Origin: Gemmatimonadota bacterium
GTDB lineage: Bacteria; Gemmatimonadota; Gemmatimonadetes; Palauibacterales; Palauibacteraceae
Reading direction: 5' to 3'
Length of the DNA stretch: 14,210 bases
Assembly (NCBI GenBank): GCA_039588275.1
Contig: JBDHAC010000091.1
Coordinates: 1-14,210 of the forward strand
Part shown: piece after piece, positions 8,232 through 14,210 of the stretch
How the letters are laid out: each line of letters begins with the position of its first letter
Numbering within the stretch: the stretch's first letter is position 1
Translations under genes and position numbers: made by a program
The notes under the pieces: model-generated
Database searches by the model: none
Seen by the model: the letters and a program-made list of their open reading frames with translations, nothing else
What the model was told of the DNA's origin: nothing

Positions 8232-8636
8232 CTATGGCAGCCGGAGCGACCAGACGTACGCGGCGATCGCCTGTACCTGATCGTCGGTGATCTGCGACCC
8301 GCCCTTCGGAGGCATCGGGACCCCGGACTCCGATTCGCCCGCGGCGACACCCTCGGTGATCCGCTGGATCAGGCCCGTGAACGATCCGTCCGAGTTGCGC
8401 CATTCATCGTCGCTCAGGTTCGCACCGAGACCGGGGATACCAGTGCCTCCGGCGCCATGACAGGCGTAGCACAGGCCGCCGCCGTGGAAGAGCGAATCAC
8501 CCCGCGCGATCAGGTCCGCGGTCACTCCTTCCGGGAACTCCTGCGCCGGCTCCTGTGCCGGGATCCCCGTCCCGATCAGGATGAGTAACGGTGCACCCAG
8601 AACGAGGGCGCGGGCTATGCGACCATGTGCGTTCAT
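8232..8636 (-). CDS. Exported monoheme c-type cytochrome
   Basis: Signal-peptide-like MNAHGRIARALVLGAPLLILIGTGIPAQE, heme motif CYACH, probable axial Met in MPPKGG, C-terminal helix QAIAAYVWSL. ATG 8636 forms an ATGA overlap with the upstream stop. Confidence 0.9.
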   Translation of the reverse strand: MNAHGRIARALVLGAPLLILIGTGIPAQEPAQEFPEGVTADLIARGDSLFHGGGLCYACHGAGGTGIPGLGANLSDDEWRNSDGSFTGLIQRITEGVAAGESESGVPMPPKGGSQITDDQVQAIAAYVWSLRLP

Positions 8637-9355
8637 GTTTCCGTTGCCTTTCCGCACCGGGGGCAATAGGCCCACCCCCGTTCAAGTTGTTCACCACATT
8701 CCGCGCAGGTGGGATCCCTCTGTCCGACACCGCAATAGGGGCAGAATTGAAGCTCGTTGCGCTCCGGCAATATGCGCTGGCAGTGTCGGCAGCGCTCGGA
8801 CGGCATCGCCGCTTCGCGTTTCGCGGGAGCAGGCGCGGACGGTGGCGATTCCACCCCGTCTGGTCGGTGCGACCCCTGCCCGATGTACTCCCGCGTAGGG
8901 ATGCGATGATCCACCAGCCGATCGACGGGAGCGCCGTTGGAGCCACCCTCCGGCCGAGTTGCCTCGGTGGCCGGTTCGCCCGGAAACGGGCGGCCCTCGA
9001 GTAACTCGGGCGTCGTGTCCGCGGACCATTGCGCCCAGGCCTCGGGTCGCACCTCGACGCGGGCCTCCGCCAGGTTCGAAAGGAAACCCAGGTCGGGCTC
9101 CGGAGTCGCCAGCTCGCGTTCGACGGCCTGCGCCAATTCGGCGTCGACGCGCACATGTTCGCCGCTATGCAGGAGATGAAGGATCCCCAGGTCGTACTCC
9201 CCCTTCATCGTCAGCCCGAGGGCGCTTCGCACGTGGTGGTAGGGGATGAGAGTGTCGACGAGATCTTCTACCGTAATCGGCTTCCCGGCTTCCCACACCG
9301 TGTCGAGCCGGGAAACGAGCAGCCGGCCCAGCGAGTCCGGTCCGGCGGCCCGCAT
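8633..9355 (-). CDS. Protein with a C-terminal double zinc ribbon and an unassigned N-terminal helical domain
   Basis: Four CxxC pairs: CRHC..FCPYCG..CAECG..YCPRCG, preceded by a Pro/Glu-rich linker. Start and stop overlap both neighbours. Confidence 0.85.
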   Translation of the reverse strand: MRAAGPDSLGRLLVSRLDTVWEAGKPITVEDLVDTLIPYHHVRSALGLTMKGEYDLGILHLLHSGEHVRVDAELAQAVERELATPEPDLGFLSNLAEARVEVRPEAWAQWSADTTPELLEGRPFPGEPATEATRPEGGSNGAPVDRLVDHRIPTREYIGQGSHRPDGVESPPSAPAPAKREAAMPSERCRHCQRILPERNELQFCPYCGVGQRDPTCAECGEQLERGWAYCPRCGKATET

Positions 9356-10458
9356 CAGCGCTCGATCTCGAGCGCGCCAAGACGCGCCGACTCGTGGAGG
9401 AACGCCCGCGGGTCATCGCACGGGACGCTGACACCGGTCAGGTCGTGGAGCCGGCGAGCCTCACCCCACATAAAGTCCTCGATCGACATTGACGGGTCCG
9501 GGCATCGATCCCGCATCGCCCGCACGATCGCCGCCCAATCTCCCTCGTATACCGAACCATCGGCGCCCTTCACACGGTGCGCACCCTCGGACATCGAGAC
9601 GGGCGGCCCACCGAATAGGTCGAGCTGGTTCTTGAAGTCGGTTCCGCGGCCGCGTAGAACTCCGGAGTGTGTCGCCTCGATCTCCGCGAGCAGCCGGTCC
9701 TCCGGGCTCGGGTCCGCGCTCAACTCGTCCAGAACCATCACATACGGTCGGATCTCCGGTGCATCCCCCGGCAGGTCACGCAGTCGCCGTGTCAACTCCA
9801 CGATCCGCCAGGCCACCACCGGATCCGTAACCCGGCCGGGAGGGATCCGCTCGAGCTGCTCGAGCGCGGCCGCGAATTCCCCCTTCTCGTACAACAGGTT
9901 CCCGTACAGGGCGCGGGCCTCGTCCGAGGCCGGATCGAGGTTGACCGCCTGCCGGCCCCAGTACCGGGCGCCTTCATGATCGTCCTGGCGATAGAGGATG
10001 TAGGCCAGATCGAGTGCCGCCTCGGCGCTCGACCCATCGGCGCGAACGGCAAACCGGAAGAAGCGCTCCGCCCGCTCGAGCAGACCCTCGCGGAGCAGGC
10101 TCCGGCCTACGCAAAGCATGAGCTCGAGATCGTCCTCGAACCCGAGCTCGAGGATTCTCTCGAACGCCCGGAACGCCCGACCGCGTTCGCCCAGCTTGAG
10201 GACCACTTCACCGAGACCGGCGAGCGCTTCCTCATGGTCGGGCTCCTGCGCCAACGCTCCCTCGAACGCCCGTCGGGCCCACGGATACTCCTCCCGCGCG
10301 AGCCGGGTGTACCCGAGCGAGACGAGCAGCTCCACCGAGCTGGGGTGGAGATCCAGCGCTCTCCTGAGCACTTCGAGGGCGGCATCGTAGTCGCCGGCCT
10401 CGTAGAGGCGTTGCGCTTCCGCGTCGTACTGATCGCCGTTCCAGAACTCTGAAGTCAT
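9355..10458 (-). CDS. Tetratricopeptide-repeat protein with an unassigned C-terminal domain
   Basis: About six TPR-like units (e.g. GDYDAALEVLRRALDLHP, ARRAFEGALAQEPDHEEALAGLG, ARALYGNLLYEKGEFAAA). ATG 10458 overlaps the upstream TGA, with SD GGAGGAGG. Confidence 0.88.
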   Translation of the reverse strand: MTSEFWNGDQYDAEAQRLYEAGDYDAALEVLRRALDLHPSSVELLVSLGYTRLAREEYPWARRAFEGALAQEPDHEEALAGLGEVVLKLGERGRAFRAFERILELGFEDDLELMLCVGRSLLREGLLERAERFFRFAVRADGSSAEAALDLAYILYRQDDHEGARYWGRQAVNLDPASDEARALYGNLLYEKGEFAAALEQLERIPPGRVTDPVVAWRIVELTRRLRDLPGDAPEIRPYVMVLDELSADPSPEDRLLAEIEATHSGVLRGRGTDFKNQLDLFGGPPVSMSEGAHRVKGADGSVYEGDWAAIVRAMRDRCPDPSMSIEDFMWGEARRLHDLTGVSVPCDDPRAFLHESARLGALEIER

Positions 10459-11798
10459 CACCCCTCCTCCACGGCTTCCGTCGATGACGCTCCCGTAACC
10501 CCCTTCAACTCCAGACGTGTAATCCGACGCTCGTTCAGTTCCAGCACCTCCAGCTCCGCACTCCCGATCGACACGCTCTCTCCGGCCTCCGGAATACGGC
10601 CCAATACCCCGATCACGTAGCCCGCGACCGTGTCGTACTCTTCCTCGACGGCGGGTAAGTCGAACTTCGCGAGAAGGTCGGAGAAGGAGTAGCCCCCGTC
10701 GATTACGATGCGACCATCCGGCTCGACGGCTACATCCGCCTGCGCGATGTCGTGCTCGTCGTAGATCTCGCCGACGATCTCCTCTACCAGATCTTCGAGC
10801 GTGACGATGCCGTCCGTACCACCGAACTCGTCGACTACGATCGCCATGTGAAGCTTCTGCGACCTGAGCTCGGCCAGAAGGTCATCGACCGCCTTCGTGT
10901 CCGGCACGAAGAGCGCTTCGCGCATCAATTCCCGCGCGCTCGCGGCGTCCCGGGAGCGGTCGACGATCCAGGGGAGCAGGTCCTTGACCACCACGACACC
11001 CACGATGTCATCGATCGACCCCTCGTACACGGGCAGTCGAGAGAACCCCGAGTCGGCCGCCGTCTTCAGGAGATCCTCTATCGTCGCGTCCGCGGCAACC
11101 CCCACGATGTCGGGTCGGGGAGTCATGACTTCGCGTGCCACGGTGTGCGTCAGTTCGAAGACACCCTGGATCATCGCCTGCTCATCCTCCTCGACGACCC
11201 CCTGCCGCAGGCTTTCGTGCACGAGCATCTCGATCTCCTCGGGCGAGTGCACGCGCTCCGCCGCGGTAAGACTCCCGAGCCCGATGAGACGCAAGAACAG
11301 GTTGGACGAGCCGTTCAGGAACCAGATCCCGGGAGCCACGAGCCGGTTGAAGGCGTTCAGGGCGGGCGCGAGGAGACGGCTGACGGCTTCGGGTCGCAGA
11401 AGGGCCACCGACTTGGGGGCCAGTTCTCCGAGCACGATGTGGAGATACGTGATCACCCCGAACGCGATCGCGACCGCTATGGAGTGGAGCGCTACGGGTG
11501 ACAGCTGTACGGACACGGATTCCAGCGCGCGCTCGAGCGTGCGCGCCACGGCGGGCTCGCCGATCCATCCGAGTCCGAGCGAGGCCAGCGTGATCCCCAG
11601 CTGCGTGCCCGAGATCGCCCGATCCAGATCCTTCTGCGCCTTTTCGACGCTGCGCGCCAGCCGGTCGCCACCCTCGGCAAGCTCGCGGATGCGCGTATGG
11701 CGCGCTCCGACGAGGGCGAACTCGGCCGCCACGAAGAACGCGTTCGCGAGCACGAGCGCGACGACGGCCAGCAGGCGCAGGGCTACGGAAAGGTCCAT
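10458..11798 (-). CDS. Hemolysin-family / CNNM (DUF21)-CBS-CBS-CorC_HlyC protein, putative Mg2+/Co2+ transport
   Basis: NAFFVAAEFALV, QLGITLASLGLGWIGEP, LHIVLGELAPK, REVMTPR, FSRLPVY, VVDEFGGTDGIVTLEDLVEEIVGEIYDEHD, YDTVAGYV..LGRIP. Confidence 0.94.
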   Translation of the reverse strand: MDLSVALRLLAVVALVLANAFFVAAEFALVGARHTRIRELAEGGDRLARSVEKAQKDLDRAISGTQLGITLASLGLGWIGEPAVARTLERALESVSVQLSPVALHSIAVAIAFGVITYLHIVLGELAPKSVALLRPEAVSRLLAPALNAFNRLVAPGIWFLNGSSNLFLRLIGLGSLTAAERVHSPEEIEMLVHESLRQGVVEEDEQAMIQGVFELTHTVAREVMTPRPDIVGVAADATIEDLLKTAADSGFSRLPVYEGSIDDIVGVVVVKDLLPWIVDRSRDAASARELMREALFVPDTKAVDDLLAELRSQKLHMAIVVDEFGGTDGIVTLEDLVEEIVGEIYDEHDIAQADVAVEPDGRIVIDGGYSFSDLLAKFDLPAVEEEYDTVAGYVIGVLGRIPEAGESVSIGSAELEVLELNERRITRLELKGVTGASSTEAVEEG

Positions 11799-11925
11799 CA
11801 GGTCGGAGCGTGAGCGGACCGGTCATGCACGGCCCGTAACGGGGTCGCTGGCAGGTCGTTGAGTAGGGCTCCCCGGGGTACGCCGGCAGGCCGTGACCCG
11901 GGATCGCCCGAAGACGGGGGTTCGC

Positions 11926-12282
11926 TCAGGCTACGCTGACCTCGCCGGGTTGTACCGCATCATCCTCTCCCGCCGCCTCCGGCTCGGCAGGGCTCGACTC
12001 GTCCGATCCACTATCCACATCACGATCCGCATCGTCTACGACTGCTTCATCCGCTGGACTGCGTCGGATTGCAGGACTGCAATAGCGCTGTCCCATGATG
12101 CGAAGCGCCGTCAGGTCGTCGCGCGACAGCTGCGGATACCGCTCCGCCAAGTACTCGATCGTGTCATCGAGCCACTCGTCGCGCTGCTCCTCCTCCGCAT
12201 CCAACACTCCACAGCGCTGAATATGGCTGAAGAGCTCATCTCGAGCTCGGTCAATCACCGACGATTTGCTGTCTTTAGCCAA
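11926..12282 (-). CDS. Small hypothetical protein (118 aa): helical core plus acidic tail
   Basis: TTG start at 12282 with SD GGAGGAGG and its own promoter. Core IDRARDELFSHIQRCGVLDA..RDEWLDDTIEYLAERYPQL..L..MGQRYC, followed by a D/E-rich low-complexity tail. Confidence 0.8.
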   Translation of the reverse strand: MAKDSKSSVIDRARDELFSHIQRCGVLDAEEEQRDEWLDDTIEYLAERYPQLSRDDLTALRIMGQRYCSPAIRRSPADEAVVDDADRDVDSGSDESSPAEPEAAGEDDAVQPGEVSVA

Positions 12283-12325
12283 ATACCCTCCTCCCTGGGG
12301 AAACGGTGCCGCGGTCGGCGCTGCG

Positions 12326-12354
12326 AATATATTTTCGACGCGTCCCGCCGGCAA
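12326..12354 (-). promoter_or_regulatory. Putative sigma70-type promoter upstream of the small hypothetical gene
   Basis: Minus strand TTGCCG-17 nt-TATATT, about 43 nt upstream of the TTG start. Confidence 0.65.
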
Positions 12355-12419
12355 AAGCGGACCGCGGGGGTCAGGCCGTCGAGCACCCCCATCACACCGC
12401 GCGGGGGGGACTTCCGAGG

Positions 12420-13235
12420 TCACCCGCCTCCGGCATCATACTCCCGTAGATACATGTTCAGCTCGCCCACCCTCATCCGCGTCTTGATCTGCACGATCAC
12501 GCGTCGGTCGTCGTCGGTAATGTAGAGCTCGGCCTCCCCGCCCTCTCCGAACATCCCTTCCGTCTGGATGACCGGGTGCACGACGACCGTGTTGAAGCGC
12601 CCGGCGGACACGCGTACCCGCTCGCGGCGCAGGACCTCGAGGATCACCGGGTTCCCCTCCTCTTCGAAGTAGCGGTCGAACTCGTAGGTACGCCCCACCT
12701 GGAGGGGTAGCATGCGGGCGAGGAACAGGTACGCGATCTCGTCCAACGCGGCGGGCGGGATCCCGATACCCTGCTCCTCGACGTGAGGGCGGTACTCCGA
12801 CGCTTCCGCGTCCCAGTCCTCGCGCGAGTAGGTGAGAGCTTCGTGGTCGAACGTGTAACGACGATGGCGCCGGTAACTGCCCTCGCTGAGAATCTGCTCG
12901 AACCGCATCGATCGGAACGGGTCGGTGGCGACCCAGCTGACCGATCTATCGTCGATCTTGTAGAAGAACGGACCTCCCGCGATCTCGAAGGCGACGCGGT
13001 AGGATGTGACTCCGGCCAGAGTCTCGGTCGTCTCGACCAGCAGGAGTCCCTCGCCTACCCGGATGGGGCCGAACGTTACGTCGTACACCGCCCGCTCACC
13101 GATCGGAAACGGCCACTCAGCGGACGGCTCGAAGGTGGAGCTCTGGGAGGTTGCCTCCGCCGTACACGAGACGATCAGGGCTACGACCGCCAGGATTCGC
13201 CGGTGCGGGCGCTGGCGGCGTGTGGGTCGCGTCAT
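12420..13235 (-). CDS. DUF3108-like exported beta-rich protein
   Basis: Basic then hydrophobic N-terminus, PFPIGERAVYDVTFG...G, LDEIAYLFLARMLPL, ERVRVSAGRFNTVVVHP, LYITDDDRRVIVQI, a pattern recalled for DUF3108. ATGA overlap with the GT2 gene. Confidence 0.75.
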   Translation of the reverse strand: MTRPTRRQRPHRRILAVVALIVSCTAEATSQSSTFEPSAEWPFPIGERAVYDVTFGPIRVGEGLLLVETTETLAGVTSYRVAFEIAGGPFFYKIDDRSVSWVATDPFRSMRFEQILSEGSYRRHRRYTFDHEALTYSREDWDAEASEYRPHVEEQGIGIPPAALDEIAYLFLARMLPLQVGRTYEFDRYFEEEGNPVILEVLRRERVRVSAGRFNTVVVHPVIQTEGMFGEGGEAELYITDDDRRVIVQIKTRMRVGELNMYLREYDAGGG

Positions 13236-13993
13236 TCCGCCTCGGCTGCCCGGCTGGACGTTGCCGAGCGCAAGGCGGGGTCACGCGCCGCCCGCATCAA
13301 ACCGCGGATTTCCCTGAACGCGTGAAATCGGCTCGGCCGATACCGGCGCCCGAAGGTGGAGTCGATCGGAATTCGCTCCGCCCTTCGGACGTGGGGCCAG
13401 ACCCGCAGGAGCAGCTCCGTGTTGGCGGCCCACCCCTCGTGCGACAGGAGCTGCGCGTCGGGCGATGCCAGATCGGCGAGTGCCCGGCCGAGGGTGAACA
13501 GGCGATAGAGGCGGAGACTCCCGTACGGGTCGGCGCCATCCTCCGGAACCGATAATCTCGCGGCGAGGACGCGGGCGCCGAGACGGGCGACCCTGCGGCC
13601 TCGCGGGAGCGCCTCATCCTTTCCCGCCGTCACGAGGTCCGCTCCACCTTCGAAGCGCTTGACCATCTCCGCGATCGCCTCGGGCGCATCCGTAAAGTCG
13701 GCCTGGAGCGTCACGAGCGCATCTCGCCTCGGATAGCTGGATCGATCGACGGATTCCCGTACGAGGCGCTCCAGGCTGGCCGCGTATCCGAGCCGTCGCT
13801 CGTTCGTGAGCACGCCCAACGGGAGTATCCGTGCGTACGAGGCCAACGCTTCCGACGTCCCATCATCGGACGCGTCATCACACACGATGACGCAGAAGTC
13901 GCGGGCGCGCCCGGAGAGTAGCTCGCGAATCCTCCACAGGAGCGGCCCCATCGTGTGCTGCTCGTTGTGAACCGGGATTCCAATGTAGATCAT
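13232..13993 (-). CDS. Glycosyltransferase family 2-like protein
   Basis: IYIGIPVHNE, VIVCDDASDDGT, N.RRLGYAA, VTLQADFTD.P, GADLV; resembles DPM/ArnC-like GT2 folds. Confidence 0.85.
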   Translation of the reverse strand: MIYIGIPVHNEQHTMGPLLWRIRELLSGRARDFCVIVCDDASDDGTSEALASYARILPLGVLTNERRLGYAASLERLVRESVDRSSYPRRDALVTLQADFTDAPEAIAEMVKRFEGGADLVTAGKDEALPRGRRVARLGARVLAARLSVPEDGADPYGSLRLYRLFTLGRALADLASPDAQLLSHEGWAANTELLLRVWPHVRRAERIPIDSTFGRRYRPSRFHAFREIRGLMRAARDPALRSATSSRAAEAE

Positions 13994-14209
13994 CTAGCAG
14001 GGCTCACTCTCGCTCGTCAGTGATCCGCTGAACGCCCCCGTGCCCGGTTCGTACGCCGGGTCAGTGGCCGACGTTCCGGATGGTGCCCCGGATGGCGCCC
14101 CCGATAGCGCCCACTTCCAACGTCGGTGAAACCAGAAGTACTGGTCGGGGTGCTTGCCCACCAACTCTTCCAACCTGGCGACCCAACATCGCGTGAGGTC
14201 GATGTCGTC
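13994..14209 (-). CDS. 3' end of a lipid A lauroyl/lysophospholipid acyltransferase family protein (LpxL/HtrB-like), partial
   Basis: Hand translation: DDIDLTRCWVARLEELVGKHPDQYFWFHRRWKWALSGAPSGAPSG...EPC*. The P.QY.W.HRRWK motif is the family's C-terminal signature. Its TAG directly abuts the GT2 ATG. Confidence 0.85.
   Translation of the reverse strand, partial: DDIDLTRCWVARLEELVGKHPDQYFWFHRRWKWALSGAPSGAPSGTSATDPAYEPGTGAFSGSLTSESEPC
14076..14111. repeat. Three imperfect 12-bp tandem repeats in the acyltransferase tail
   Basis: ccggatggtgcc / ccggatggcgcc / cccgatagcgcc, encoding ALSG-APSG-APSG. Confidence 0.7.
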
Positions 14210-14210
14210 G

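Noticed and set aside
7068..8588. 506-aa plus-strand ORF, and similar ones at 1418-2596, 4321-5265, 5902-6857, 9029-10452 and 10752-11862
   Set aside because: They are Arg/Pro/Ser-rich or mirror-frame translations lying entirely opposite well-supported minus-strand genes.
1..14210. CRISPR array, IS/integrase, prophage, defence system, tRNA/rRNA
   Set aside because: No regularly spaced repeats, transposase/integrase/nuclease motifs or cloverleaf-compatible sequences were seen. The intergenic gaps are all short and composition looks uniform by eye.

Overview
GC-rich bacterial chromosomal window, apparently core genome. The gene set and two lineage-type hypothetical proteins suggest Gemmatimonadota, but this is inference from recalled similarity. 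All 16 credible genes lie on the minus strand. In transcription order they are: 3' end of an LpxL/HtrB-type acyltransferase, atypical GT2, DUF3108-like exported protein, small acidic hypothetical protein, CNNM/CBS (hemolysin/CorB-like) protein, TPR protein, double zinc-ribbon protein, c-type cytochrome, LeuB-like decarboxylating dehydrogenase, thiolase, SPFH protein, membrane hypothetical protein, 3-hydroxybutyryl-CoA dehydrogenase, recF, DUF721/DciA and the 5' part of gyrB. I saw no mobile element, CRISPR array, tRNA or rRNA. The best candidate for an undescribed system is the translationally coupled CNNM-TPR-zinc ribbon-cytochrome c chain, in which the TPR protein carries a perfect beta-clamp-binding consensus (QLDLF). 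Other oddities are a thiolase missing its conserved N-terminal segment, a recF promoter overlapped by two inverted repeats, and an AGATAG motif shared by three ribosome-binding sites.
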